A stretch of DNA of 64,000 nucleotides from Eukaryota sp. GEM-RC1 (Eukaryota): positions 682,001 to 746,000 of the forward strand of contig JAUFOQ010000013.1 in assembly GCA_040285855.1 (NCBI GenBank), read 5' to 3'. This document shows positions 25,060 to 37,818 of this stretch, piece by piece. Every line of letters begins with the position of its first letter. Positions within the stretch are counted from its first letter, which is position 1. The notes beneath the pieces were generated by a model that saw only the letters and a list, made by a program, of their open reading frames with translations, was not told the DNA's origin and did no database searches. The translations under genes were made by a program, and so were the position numbers.

Positions 25060-26935
25060 ATGGACTGCTTCGTTTGTTGTGAATCGTTCAATCTCTCGAA
25101 CCGTCTTCCCCTGCTTATCTGCTGCGAAGGACATACTTGTTGCTCTGAATGTGCTGCGTCACTGAATCGATGTCCTCTTTGTCGTAGCCATTGTCTTGGA
25201 CAGAAAAAGGTGAACTTTGCTCTGCAGGATCTGATCAAAGCATCTCGCGATGGTGAACTTTGTCCCCAAATTCCCGCAGATCAAATCGTTATCGGAGATA
25301 AGATCGCGGAAGGAGGTTTTGCTGAGGTATATTCCGCCCAATGGTTTGATCTCCCTGTCGCCATCAAGATGGTCTCCCTCACAGAGAAAGGACGAATAGA
25401 ACTCCAGAGAGAAATGAATCTTCTCTTCAATCTCAACCATCCTGCTGTTTTACGTGTGTTCGGTACCACCTACTTTGATGATATCATTGGTATCGTCATG
25501 GAATTAGCTTCTTCTTCCCTCCCCCTCCCCAAGTCTTCTCTCTCCAACTACTGTTAGGTACGCCAAAGAACTTTGCCAGGCAGTGAAGTTCCTCCATCTC
25601 AAGTCTGTTGTACATGGAGACTTGAAGCCAGCCAATGTCCTTTTGGTTGACGACCATGTAAGAGTTGCTGATTTTGGCACTTCCAAGAACCTCGCCGCCA
25701 CAACTCTAGTGACTAGACCAAATGCCATGAGTTTCAAGTATGCTGCCCCTGAGCAGTTTGAATCAAATGCTAGTACCTTCAGTGATATTTATTCTCTTGG
25801 ATTAATACTATATGAACTTTTAACTGGGCGGGAAGCTTTTGCTAGTTATTCAATGATGATACCTTTTGATGATTCAACACCAGAGTGTTTGAAAAAGTTG
25901 ATATTGAAGTGTTTAAATCCAGAACCTTCATTACGACCTCAAATTAATGAAATCACTGATATTTTAAATACTTTGGATGTTTGGGAAGCTGGTGGTGGTA
26001 TTTATGACCAATCATTTTTGATTGAAGGAAATGAATCTTTGAAAACGAAAATTGATGCTCTCAGTGATGAAGTTTTGAACTTGAAACGTGAGAATTCTGA
26101 ACTGTTACAAAAAATTCAAAGTAAGGACAATGAGCTTCGTGATATGAAAAAGTCTTCTAACCAACAAATTTTAAATTTGGAAACTGGCAATTTTTCCTTA
26201 AGAGAAAACAGTAAACATCCTAAATCTGAAGTTGTAAAATGCAAATCTCATGATACTGAAGTTCCTCACAAATCTATTGCACCGAAGCGAAAGAAAAAAT
26301 TACAACAAGAAATACCTGTAAAAAGGGAACTTAATAGTAACAGTGAAAATGATTTGAGTAACTTTAATCCAAGATTGAGGGGGGTTTTGGAAGAAATTAG
26401 GAATGGGTCTGTTAGTGAGGCTAGACTGGATAACCCTTATTTTGGTGATAAGGATGACCATATTGGTAATGAAGGTGCCATTGCAGTGGCTGAAGCTTTG
26501 AAGGTCAATTCCACTGTTACTCAGATTTATCTTCAGTGTAACTCTATTGGTAATGAAGGTATCATGGCATTGGCTGAAGCTTTGAAGGTGAATTCCACTG
26601 TTACTGAGATTTATCTTAATTGTAACTCTATTGGTAATGAAGGTATCATGGCATTGGCTGAAGCTTTCCAAGTGAATTCCACTGTTACTAAGATTCTTCT
26701 TTTGGATAACTCTATTGGTAATGAAGGTGCCATTGCATTAGCTGATACTTTGAAAGTAAGATACACTATTACTGGGAGTAAGCTTGACCCTTACTGTATT
26801 GAGGATTTAATGGCATTGACTGAAGCTTCGAAGTGGAATTCCACTGTTACTACGATTGGTCTTGGGCTTAACTCTATTGACTCTGAGACTAAACAACTCG
26901 TCAAAAGAATCTCGGATAATCGAATCGTGTTCTAA
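25060..26935 (+). CDS. RING - protein kinase - coiled coil - LRR protein, paralog of 13584..15257 (one frameshift ~25520)
   Basis: Same RING and kinase motifs; about six LRRs; short in-frame deletion in the kinase C-lobe relative to the paralog. Confidence 0.85.
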
Positions 26936-27161
26936 TTTCTTCTATTATGTCAATTGATGACGTTTTCTTCTTACATCATCTCCTTAAGTACATGTGAGTA
27001 GTCTTAGAATATTGTATAAACGTTGGAAAGTTCATATACATACAATAAACCTCATGAAATGTTTCAATGTTCATGAATGTGCGGTTTTCATATCATCAAA
27101 CCATATAAATGTACATGTACTAGTAATACACCCAGTATTGTGTGTGTACCCCAGTTCTTGT

Positions 27162-28588
27162 CATGGAACGCAAATGTTCTGTACCGCGGCGATTTTAGGC
27201 GTACCGAAACGTACATACATACGGTACGTGTACCGGTACTGTACTTTTGACTAGACCTTGGAATCGGATCAACTTCGGATCGGATAATCCGATCGGATTT
27301 CTCGGATCGGAGCGATTTTCTTGGTTTTGCTCGGATTCCGATTCGGATCGGATTTATCCTACCAGATCCGAAATATCCGATCGGATTTCTAATGATTTTG
27401 ATATTGTTGTAGACCCAAAATACATTTGATTACTTTACTAATACTAATATAGATACATTAGTTGGTATCATTTAGTTATTATTTTTACAAAAGTAATTAC
27501 TGAATTTCACTGTATTGATCGTAAACCCCGTTTCTGTACTAATATTACTAGTTATATAAAACGATTGATTTGAAAATCTGACTGTTGAACATGACTCCTC
27601 CCTAAGTAAATTCAGTGACTACGTCTGTCTCAAATGTCCTACTATTCCGCTGTAGATGTTCTCTCGGATTCTGCCGCCAGCAACATCGAAGTCCATTAAT
27701 TTGGTGGAAGAGAAATGAAAGCACTTATACCAAACTTGCTCGAATCTTCTTTTATTGTTCAATACATGCATCATCTGTACCATGTGAAAGACTCTTTTCC
27801 CGTGTTGGGTTAATTGTGTCCAAAAAATGAACATCTCTCAAATGTGACACAGTTCAAGTATTGGTTTTACTCAATTCATGAACAAAACTTGGATTTATGG
27901 CTGATGATAGACTTTTCCCAGGAGATGCCAATTAATGTTACTTTTTGACTAATAAAACTTTGTAGAATTTTGTTATCCTTCCTTTTACAAAAATGAAGTT
28001 CATAGCACGTCGTTTCTTTATGGAACTAAAACAGTAATCTTACTGCAAAAACTAAAACAGAATTAATGAAATGTATTAGATAAAAAAGGTCAATCCGATC
28101 GGATCTTTCGGATCGGATTCGGATATTGAACACCAGGATCCGGATCGGATTCAGATTTCGATCAGTCAGATCCGGATCGGATCGGATTTGAGATAAAAAA
28201 TCCGATTCCAAGGTCTACTTTTGACCGACTAAAATACATTAATACTTTTTTGAACATGATAATACAATGTGAGAATTTAACAATTGCCATCGACATACTT
28301 TCTACCGTTAAACATAGCGCATGATATCAAGATCACGACTGTCACACTGGTTCAAATTTGGGGTACATCATTTGCTGACCACAACTGTCCCAAAATGACA
28401 ATGGTATATACGACGCTCAGGAATCGCATTGAAATCAACAATCGTAGTGTCGTCAACTCAAAATGCATGTAACGAGTGACTGATACGATATATAACCATG
28501 ATAATGGACCCAAAAACCCAAAGAGTGTATTTCTAAACGAGAAATATATCGGTACGTACAGTACGTACCAAGCATTTGCGCTCATTGG
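27162..28588. mobile_element. Degenerate MITE-like element with GTAC/CGTAC subterminal repeats, host of the 27252 element; second copy at ~59905-60488
   Basis: Imperfect ends (..GCAAATG / CATTTGCGC..). Sequence on both sides of the 27252-28217 insert is colinear with 59905-60490. Confidence 0.6.
27252..28217 (+). mobile_element. Internally deleted hAT transposon with dimerization-domain remnant
   Basis: TIR TAGACCTTGGAATCGGA. Perfect 8-bp TSD CTTTTGAC (27244-27251, 28218-28225). TCGGA/TCCGA subterminal repeats. PLIWWKRNE..YTKLAR..ASSVPCERLFS remnant. Confidence 0.92.
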
Positions 28589-28967
28589 TTCTTGGACAAT
28601 ACGACTTTGTGATAATTGATTTAATAAACTCAGGCATCGACCGAACCAAAAAAAATAATCGGTCATGCCAAATTGACAGGGACTGTCAAAAATATATTAC
28701 AATATATTGCAGGGGTAAAAAGATTTGCAATACAGTATTGCAATGCTGCAATATATTGCAATAATTGGTAGCAATATAAATAATATTGTGTAGATTGTTT
28801 ATTGTATGAATTCCATCTAAAGATCATAAGATCATCATTAAACATCATCCAAGTTGACTAGTTTCTGATTAACCATCTTGCGAACCAAACTAATGTCCCA
28901 AAACTCTCTGTTTACAGAAAGACATAGTTGTTTGGCAAGTCTTCGATCACATAAAGTATGTCCTCAC

Positions 28968-29058
28968 TGTTGACACCGTAGAGTGACGTGGCATGTAGTC
29001 AATAGTATTGTGTATTCTTGTTATAAATCTTTTCTTGCTTCCTTGACAAAGGCTAACA
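28968..29058 (+). repeat. 5' LTR (91 bp)
   Basis: TGTTGACACC...GGCTAACA; differs from the 3' LTR at one position. Confidence 0.95.
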
Positions 29059-29081
29059 GTGCACTGTCTTAGCACTTTTCC

Positions 29082-32000
29082 ATGAAACCATTTGATGTCC
29101 CTGTCCTTGAATCCCTAAGTGAAGATGCCATACTTCACTTTGTAACACGGTATGAATTGTTAAAAAGGGTATCCGCTGATGAATTACCCTCCTTGCGAAC
29201 ACTCATCGAAGGCAACCTATTGTCTGTGATTATTGCCTACCACCCCGATGCTGAAGAATCTGACTCCGAGTTGCTGAATTACTTGAAACTTGCCACACAG
29301 ATTGAAAGTGTGAGAGAAGCTAGTTCTCTGTTCCAAAACCTAAGAATGAATTTTGAAAAGAAACATGCAAATGACCGAATCGCTGAATATGTATCCAAAT
29401 TTATGACGCTTAAGAATCGTTGCGATAAGCTAGAGCTCAACGAAGACTACTTTAAACAGAAGTTTTGCTACGGAATGCGCCCTTCATGGTTACGACAGAT
29501 GCTTGCAGAAACTGTCAAGGCGAAGACAATTGAACTGAACGAGTTAATCAGATTCGCAACAACCGAATATCTGAAATCGGAACAATACAGAAATGATGCT
29601 TTTCAACGGAACACACGAGTTGACAGATTCCCACGAAAACCTTTCAGAGACACTGATCGACCCCGAAGATCCGGTGGACCCAACTCCAACGAAGAGAGAA
29701 AGGAACAAGACCGAAAGAAAAATGCATGCTTTTACTGCCACCAACCAGGTCACATTGCCGCAAAATGCCCTCAAAAACGTCAAGTAAAGAACGAAGTTAA
29801 CGTTGTAGAAGAACCCGAAGAACTACTGATCTTGAATAAATATGAAGATATCTACGTCGTGGACGAGCCCCAACCAGAAGATTTGAATGTAAGAATCAAG
29901 TGCCGCATCGAAGGAACCACATTAGATGCTCTGCTAGACACAGGAGCTAAAGTATCCTGCATGTCGACCGAAGACGTCGAACGTTGCGGATTGAAGAAAC
30001 TTGACGAAGTTAAGAAAATAAGAACTGCGGACCAATTTACTTATGAGGCCCCAACTTATGAAGGAAACATAACACTACTCCTCGAAACCCCTGTTTCGGT
30101 ATCAGCTCGCTTTGCTGTTCTACCTTCATTTCCTTTTCTGCTTGGACGTGATGTTCTTACAAAACTAGGCATAACCCGGAATAGCATTCTTCAACTAATC
30201 AAACCAAGTCTCACAGATGATCTTTTACCTACCTTTCCAGTCGAACCTCCCTTAAATTCTAAACAGACCTCTGATAATATCAGTCATATTCTAGAATCAA
30301 ACAAAATCGACCTCTCTACTTTGAATGACTCAGAAAAAGCCACCATTCGTGACACTCTCAAAGATTTTGATGATGTGTTTTCTCCCATTTCCCGAAAGAG
30401 GGAATTAAGTGCGAACCCTTTTCGATCCCACTTAAAGACGAAACAAAAGTTTCTTACCAGAAGCCCAGGTACCTGACTCCTCGCAAACAAAAACTGGCAG
30501 AAGATCTTTTCCAAGAGCTTGTGGATAAAGGTTTTGCTGAATATGTGGAAGAACACATGAATTTCCAGTCCCCCATCGTACTCATTGAATAATCTTCTAA
30601 GAAACCACGCCTGGCAGGCGATTACACCAAAATCAACTCTTTATCTGTTTCCCAAACTACAGTACTTCCTTCCCTATCTGAAATCTCAGAGCTTCTTTGT
30701 AAAGCAAAATATATCGCATGCTTTGATCTTCCAAGAGCTTACCATCAAACTCATGTCGCACCCCAAGACAGAGACAAAACAATCATCGCAATTCCAGGCA
30801 AAGCTATTCGTTATATTCGATCTCCATTTGGTCTCCGCAATTTGCCTGCCTATTTTCAAGGCATAATGGATCAGATTTTTGGTTCTGATCACACATTCGT
30901 GTACATTGACGATCTTATCGTAATCGCTGATGATTTTGAGGACTTCGTTGCACGTATCAAATCCGTTCTTTCACAAGCTCAGACTTACCGTGTAAGGTTT
31001 GCAGCCCACAAAACGAAAATCCAAACAAGCGAAACTCCCATCAAGATAATGGGAACAATTTATGAAAAAGGTCTCCGCAAAGTCTGTCCTGAAAGAATTC
31101 AATCTTTGGTCCAACTACCACCCCCTCAAAACCAGAAACAATTGCGGTCCTTTATGGGCTCTGTCAACTGGATCAGAGATTTTATTCCTGATCTTGCAAA
31201 ATTTACTCAACCCTTATCACACTTGTTGAAGAAAAACTGTACATTCCAATGGACACAGGACTGCCAAACCAATTTCGTTCACATTAAAGACATGATCGCT
31301 CGTTGCCCTTTTTCTCGTTCTACCTGATAGGAATCAAAATATCATTGTTATGGCAGATGCTTCTGATAAGGCAATTGGTGGAATTGTATTTGCTGAGTCT
31401 CCACCATTTCACCCAAACAAACCTTTTGACCAACGGAAGTTAAAACCTTTGAGCTTTTACTCGTTGACCCTTACTGATGCCCAAAGAAAATGGAGTACAA
31501 TTGAGAAAGAATTGTTTGCCTTAGTAAGGACAATTACACAACCTTCCCTCTCGACATTCTTGCTGTCCATCCACTTTTACCTGTACACTGATCACCGTAA
31601 CCTCACTTACTTACGAACGGAAGCGTTGAAGAATCCGATGTTGAAACGTTGGGAGATAGCAATCTCCGAATACCAATTTACCATCACAAACGCTTCTGGA
31701 ATCACTAATTGTTGGGCGGATATGTTGTCTCGTGTCATTTCACCAAAAGATTCTGATGTGATCAATCAGATAGAAAATGATGAAACGCTGGAGAACTACT
31801 TAGTTCACCGAGACCAGACAGCACCAGTACCCCCACATCTTAGAAAGCCTTTGATCCATTCGGTGCATTACTCCTTGTTTACTGGACACCCAACTACAAA
31901 GGACACCATCAGTTATCTGAAAAACATTGTTTTCACTGGGATTCTCTGGTTGACGATGTTCAAGACTACATTGCTGTTTGTGATGTATGCCAAAAAACAA

Positions 32001-33102
32001 ATCCTATATCCATTGAATCTCCTCAATCTTCTGGTGCACTTTTCTCTCACAAACCTTTTGCTTCTTTACATTTGGACCTCATACAGTTTCCAACTGATAA
32101 TGACGGAAATACCTACCTTCTTGTTGCTGTGGATAGCTTTACCCGCTTTACAGTACTTTGCTCTTTGAAGCAGTAGCTTTACAACTCTTTGAAAAGGTGT
32201 TTTCAGTTTTTGGTGTACCAAAAGCAATTCATTCCGATAACGAACGAGAATTCACCAATAGGGTGTGGACATCTATTTTGTCGAAGTTAAATGTAAAACA
32301 GAGTTTTTCTATTCCCGATCATCACCAAAGTAATGGCTTGGTCGAAGCTCGAAATCGTGAAGTAGTATCACTGACAAGAAAGCTTTGCATGACCACAAAT
32401 GACCGAAATTGGAGTCAGTACATTCCTCTCATCCAAATCCTCATCAACTCAAAACCTTGCTCTACAACATCATTTTCTCCATACACCTTACTTTTTGGAT
32501 CAAATGGACTTCAGCGGTCCGTTCTTGACGTCTTTTACTCTCACAACGACTCAACTCGACTCAATCTCTGTTCTTTTGCACAGTCCTATTTGTTTAGATG
32601 CGACTTGAACGATTCCCTCCAGAGATTGGAAGAAGAAGCGAAGAAACATCAAGAAAAACGCATTAAGAATGCATCCTCTCCATCTTTCAAAGAAAATGAT
32701 CTAGTTCTACGAAACAATGCCGCTGACAACAAACTACAAAAACACCTTGGCCCATTTATCATCAAAGAAAAGATGAGCAACTCCAAGTACCTCATAAAAA
32801 GCCTCATCACTAATCAAGAATTTGTTGTTTCTTCCTTTGCCCTTGGATCTTATAAGTCGAACTCTATAGAGGAAGCAACTGCTGCAGCTGCCAAAGACGT
32901 TTCTGAATATGTCGTTACAAAAATTCTGGATCATAACATCATTGATGATCAGTATGAGTTCCTGGTTGAGTTTACATCTGGTGTTAAGAACTGGGAACCA
33001 CTCTCATCACTAAAGAACACTCGTACTAATGAAGAACTTTTGAAGTACTGTAAGTCCAAGAAAATTAAGATACCTCCTTGCACACGAAAGAAGAAAGGGT
33101 AG
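29082..33102 (+). pseudogene. gag-pol polyprotein (CCHC knuckle, aspartic protease, RT, RNase H, integrase, chromodomain) with frameshifts and a stop
   Basis: CFYCHQPGHIAAKC; LLDTGA; YIDD; ADAS..EKELFA..TDHRNL; HSDNEREF, SNGLVE; EYVVTKILDH..YEFLVEF..NWEPLSSL chromodomain. In-frame TAA at 30590-30592 in the RT frame. Confidence 0.92.
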
Positions 33103-33193
33103 TGTTGACACCGTAGAGTGACGTGGCATGTAGTCAATAGTATTGTGTATTCTTGTTATAAATTTTTTCTTGCTTCCTTGACAAAGGCTAACA
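33103..33193 (+). repeat. 3' LTR (91 bp)
   Basis: Direct repeat of 28968-29058, followed by TSD CTCAC. Confidence 0.95.
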
Positions 33194-33727
33194 CTCACAA
33201 CTCTTGCGCCAATCGAGCTTTACTGAAAACTCGTGATGTGGCTGGCAAAAAATTGAAATTGCAGTAACCAACAGTTTCACCCCTCATTCGAGTAAAAGGT
33301 CCAGACCGTTCAGCATTTTCTTCATCATCACAACTCAAGTCATTTACTATCAAAGAATTGCATTGATTGAGTTGAGTCCCGGGAGACAGGAGTAAGGTAG
33401 GCTTTCGCCATCTGTTCTCGAGTGGGACTAGAAAAAAACGTCGTGTAAGATGATGTGCAGAATGATAACAGATTTACATTTGTTAGTCAGAACTAGACGG
33501 ATACTACTGGTAGTAAGGACTTTTAAATGTACACAAATCAAATACTACTGTACTCTGTTGCTTAATTCTTTTCAAGTTACAAAAAATAGTGGTCTAAAAC
33601 TATTGTTCAAAATCGAAATTGTTACAGTATATTGCAATACAGAATGATACTGCGATACAGTTTTGCAATACACAATACACATTATTCCAATTATTGCAAA
33701 AGTTCAATATATTTTTGACAGACCCTG

Positions 33728-35190
33728 CCTTAGTCATTGGACGTTCTTCAGTTGATCTGAATTTTGGGGAATCTTCCATTCTGTTTGTCAATTGTTCAGA
33801 TGAATGTGTCAAGTTTTTGGGCAATTATATTGGTAATGATGACAAAATTAAGGAGACTTTATCACATAAGAATATCTGTATCATTCAGCAGCTTAACCAA
33901 ATCGTTGATCTAGATGTAGGCAAACAAGTTTCTTTTGCTATGCTGCAAGTGTGTTTTGGTGGTAAAATTCATCACTTTTTACGTGGTTTACCGCCTGAAC
34001 TAACTCTCGAATTATCTCGTAATTTTAATTCATTGCGCACAAATTTTGTTAGTTATCTGGTTGGTAACAATGACTCTTCACTTCCTTCTCATTGTTTCAC
34101 TTCTACTTCTTTTGGTGGTATTGGTTTCACGAAAGCTAAGTACATGCGTGAGGGTGCCTTTTTGGGGTCTTTAAAGAATTTTTTGTTTGAATTTCAGAAT
34201 CGTTATCCTGTGTTATGGAAAACGAAAGATTTTTTACTTCACTCACCTTGTGCATGGTTAATTAGTCTTCAAAATTTAATTGATAGTCTTGACTCCAATT
34301 TGTGGTCAGATTTATTTCCTGTTGGGTAACAGAAATTCAGCAGAGAAGCATTTTCTCTTTGCCTTTGTGTGTTCGCAAGTTACAGAAGAAGTTTGTTTTG
34401 TTTCACGAAAGCTTGGACCTTAAAAACCGTATTAGCTTGGCTAAGACTAAGAGTTCCGCTTTTTGTGCTTTTTTTGAATGATATTTCTTCAAGCGCTGTG
34501 TCTTCTTTTGTTTCTCGTTCGCCAAGAAAATTTTGTTATAATATTAAGGATCATGAATGGCTTATAAACATGAGACTTAGGTTAGGTTTATGGCCTTCAG
34601 GTCTTTTGAAGCATTCTCCATGTCTTTGTGATCGTTCAAAGGCTTCAAATTTTCATCAATTAATAACTATCATCAAGTTATTCATTTTCGATCAATTATT
34701 CACAACAGTATCCGAGATACATGTTCGGATATGTTTAATGCTAATGGTTTTCATGGAAAAATTGAACCTTTACTTGCTAATCTTTCTGATCAGCCAAAAG
34801 TTGATAGAAGTCGTGGTGATTTGATTGGTGTTTGGTTATCTTGTCAGGAAATTATCATGGATTTCACGACTGTTGATCCTTGTAATTCAAGATCAATTTC
34901 CAAAATTTTTGATGATGATTTTTCTGCTCTTGAAGTGGCTGAAAAGGAAAAAATACAAAGAACTGTCACATAATTAACCAATTAAATGTTGACAGGTACA
35001 ATTCTTTTGTGTTTCAACCTTTTGCGATGTCGATATACGGTAATATTGGACCATCTGCACAAGGTTTTTTTAACCTCCTTTGGTAAATTGTGTTCTGAGT
35101 ATGGTAAAGTTTTCAATGAAAATTTTTGATTGAGTAGGTCAACGTTTGCGTTGTTTCGTTCAATGCACAGATATTTTAATTCAATTTAAG
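33728..35190 (+). mobile_element. Degenerate non-LTR retrotransposon fragment (RT C-terminus plus RLE), related to 23310..24315
   Basis: VKFLGNYIG, IHHFLRGLPP, FGGIGF, MRLRLGLWP..CLC, RGDLIG..MDFTTVDP..AEKEK; multiple frameshifts. Confidence 0.75.
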
Positions 35191-35888
35191 GTAAGTTGTT
35201 CGGTGATGGACAGAAGGATCATAGTTTAGATACTTTAGTTAGTGTCTGTTAGTTATTAACTTCTGCAAATGCATTTATTTCACTGACTGATCATAAACCC
35301 CGTTTTTTACAAAAGTGACTTAAACTACAAACAACAAACATGACAATCCTGGATGACGTTTGGAGTTTCCTCTTCCGTTGATTTTCCTCACACATGTAAA
35401 TGACCCCTTAACAGTTGCTCCACAGAAATACGACGACCTTGTCGAAGACGGAAAGCTTTTAAAATGCACCTGTTACTGTCTATTCAAAGCAAGCTAGTTG
35501 TTTGAGACGAATACTTCTTCTATGTTGACACTGAATGTGTCATTTGGAGATACATGACTGTCACTTACATACACCAGCTGTTTTTCTCTAAATATAGAGT
35601 ATCGATAGGTATTCAGAATTTCCCCAACAGTATACTAAAGCTCTACCAAGTGCTATACCATCATCTCGGATTTCCGTTAAGCGATTTACAAAGACCGACA
35701 AGTAATCAAGATTTGAATGCGTAATAGTAGGTGATTTTCCACATATTCGCTTCTAGCGTTCTTATTGCGAGTGTGCACGTTATTACAAGAGTAGAGTTAC
35801 TGTTGTATCGTCACTATGTAAGTGTATTGTAAGTGACACGTTTCAGTTGACAGAAGTCAATCATTTCAACTTCTCTCTTACAGACATT

Positions 35889-36239
35889 ATGAATACCCAG
35901 CAATCGGAATTCTGGCGTCAGTATATCCAACGAGAACAAAGACAACAACAGCTCTGGACAAGAAATCATGTGGTTCTTACGGATTCCACCCCCATGTCTC
36001 CTCGATCTCCCACTGTCCCCGTAGACAAGAACATCCTCAACGAAACCGGCACCAAGAACTACCTCAAGTTACGTACAACTGTTGACCCTCAGTTGAAGTA
36101 CACTTACAGTCCTACTAGCTCCTGTGTTTACGGTTGGGGCTTAGGTAAATCCACCGACCAGTCCCCACCCTCTCCTCACGCCAGACGTCAGATTTGTAAG
36201 CACAGTTTCTTTTCTACTGGACCCATTTGCACTTTGTAG
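35889..36239 (+). CDS. Small ciliary microtubule-inner-protein-like product (SPMIP1/FAM183-like)
   Basis: FWRQYIQRE and PQLKYTYSPTSSCVYGW motifs. Confidence 0.5.
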   Translation: MNTQQSEFWRQYIQREQRQQQLWTRNHVVLTDSTPMSPRSPTVPVDKNILNETGTKNYLKLRTTVDPQLKYTYSPTSSCVYGWGLGKSTDQSPPSPHARRQICKHSFFSTGPICTL

Positions 36240-36528
36240 ATTACTGCATTCTTTTGTTTCATTTATTAATCAAATAATGAACACATAAATTATTCTTCAT
36301 ATTACTGTTGTCTGTCTTGTAGTCGTCTCGAAATCGATTCTGTATGTTTTGTTTATCGAAATGTTTAGAATCTGACTCAAGACTTTTGATTCCAAAGTAC
36401 ACCTCAGATAGACACAAAAAATGATTCGCTGTGAAGCCTTTTTATGCATTCATATGCTCACATTCTGGATTGATTGGGAAACAAAGAAGTGGAAGACAAT
36501 CCTTGTCAATCTCTTTCTTTAATTACAA

Positions 36529-37818
36529 ATGTCTTGCAATCCTTCTGCTTGTGCTAACTGTCCTCTGACCTGCATGTCAGGGCGCCAAACACCTTCTGAG
36601 CCTGCTGATAAGGCTGAAATAACCCAACAACCCGAAACTATTGAAGAACCTCTTCCCCCTATTGATATTGAGAATCTCCCAGTCAAGCTTCCAAATACCG
36701 GAGAGCCGGCAAAAGTGGTTCATTTGGTTAGTGGTGGACTCGACTCTCTTCTTGTCACACAGCTTCTTGTGAACATGGGTCTTCACGTCATAGTCTATCA
36801 TGGAGTTCATTCCTTTGAACCTCATGGTGCTGAGTATGTATCTTCTAATAACTTACATTAGTCGTCAAGATAGTTCAAAAAGACTTGAAGCAAGACTTCT
36901 TGGAATGGGTGTTAAAGAAGTCGTGTTTGTGGAGACCTCTATGCAAATATTGGACTTCGTACGCAATCCTAAGTTTGGCCTAGGCAAGACCAAAGCTAAT
37001 CCCTGTGTTGATTGTCGTCTCAATAATATTCGTATTGCTATCGATATTTGTAAGGGAGAAGGGAGCTCAATTCATCACTTCAGGAGAAGTTATCGGGTAT
37101 GTACTCTATCTCACATGTTTATCTCAGACAACGGCCCATGTCTCAGCGAAAGGAAGCCATGAATTTGATTGATGCTCACATCAAGAAGATGGGATTTGAC
37201 GGCCTCATTGTTCGACCTCTATGTGCTCAAAATCTCACTCCTACTATTCCCGAAAGATTAGGTTGGATTGATAGATCTAAGCTATATAACTTTTCCGGAC
37301 GTAGCAGAAAGCCACAAATGAGATTGGCAAAGCAACTTAATCTTGGTAAATATCCTTCTCCCGGTGGTGGTTGCCTCTTGACTGTTGATAACACTGCTCA
37401 AAGAGTGTTGGACCTTCTCAAACATGAAACCCCTGAAAATCCCATCACTATGACTCATCTTGATCTTATTGCTGTTGGCCGTCACTTCCGCTTTTCTCCA
37501 ACTCAAACTGTTATTCTAGCTAGAAACGAAGTTGAAGTCAACAAAATCCACAGTCTTGCGCCAAAACACGTAAAGTATTCTGCTTACGGTGTTTCTGGTT
37601 CGATGGCCCTTGTTTTTGGTTCTATTGATGAGAAGTTTGAAATCTTCATCTGTGGGGTTGCACTCTATTACAGTAAGCTCAGAGAAAGTGAAGAAGGAAC
37701 TGTAGCACGTTATGGTGGCGAAGACGAGATTGCTTTTGATCAGGGAGCAATGTTGGCTGGTAAGAAGGTCTCTAAACGTGAAGATTTTCTTGATCAAATG
37801 ATTGGACTCAATCAATAG
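36529..37818 (+). CDS. Bacterial-type PP-loop tRNA sulfurtransferase (ThiI/MnmA-like, DUF814-associated family); two introns and one frameshift
   Basis: SGGLDS, NPCVDCR, (S)GEVIGQRPMSQ after splicing, RPLCA, GRSRKPQ, YPSPGGGCLLT, GRHFR. Confidence 0.85.
36834..36861 (+). other. 28-nt spliceosomal intron
   Basis: GTATGTATCTTCTAATAACTTACATTAG; removal joins ORF 36529 to ORF 36800 in frame (HGAD-RQDSSK). Confidence 0.85.
37097..37127 (+). other. 31-nt spliceosomal intron
   Basis: GTATGT...CTCAG; removal restores the conserved GEVIGQRPMSQ motif. Confidence 0.88.

Larger units (their letters stand above)
28968..33193 (+). mobile_element. Ty3/Gypsy LTR retrotransposon (chromovirus-type), full length but disrupted
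   Basis: TG..CA LTRs 28968-29058 and 33103-33193; 5-bp TSD CTCAC; PPT GAAAGAAGAAAGGGTAG; domain order gag-PR-RT-RH-IN-chromodomain. Confidence 0.97.
28677..33727 (-). mobile_element. Degenerate hAT element interrupted by the Gypsy insertion
   Basis: TIR CAGGG(A/T)CTGTCAAAAATAT at both ends; ATTGCAAT subterminal repeats; minus-strand remnant LPATS..RVFSKA continuing across the LTR element. TSD not conserved. Confidence 0.7.
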
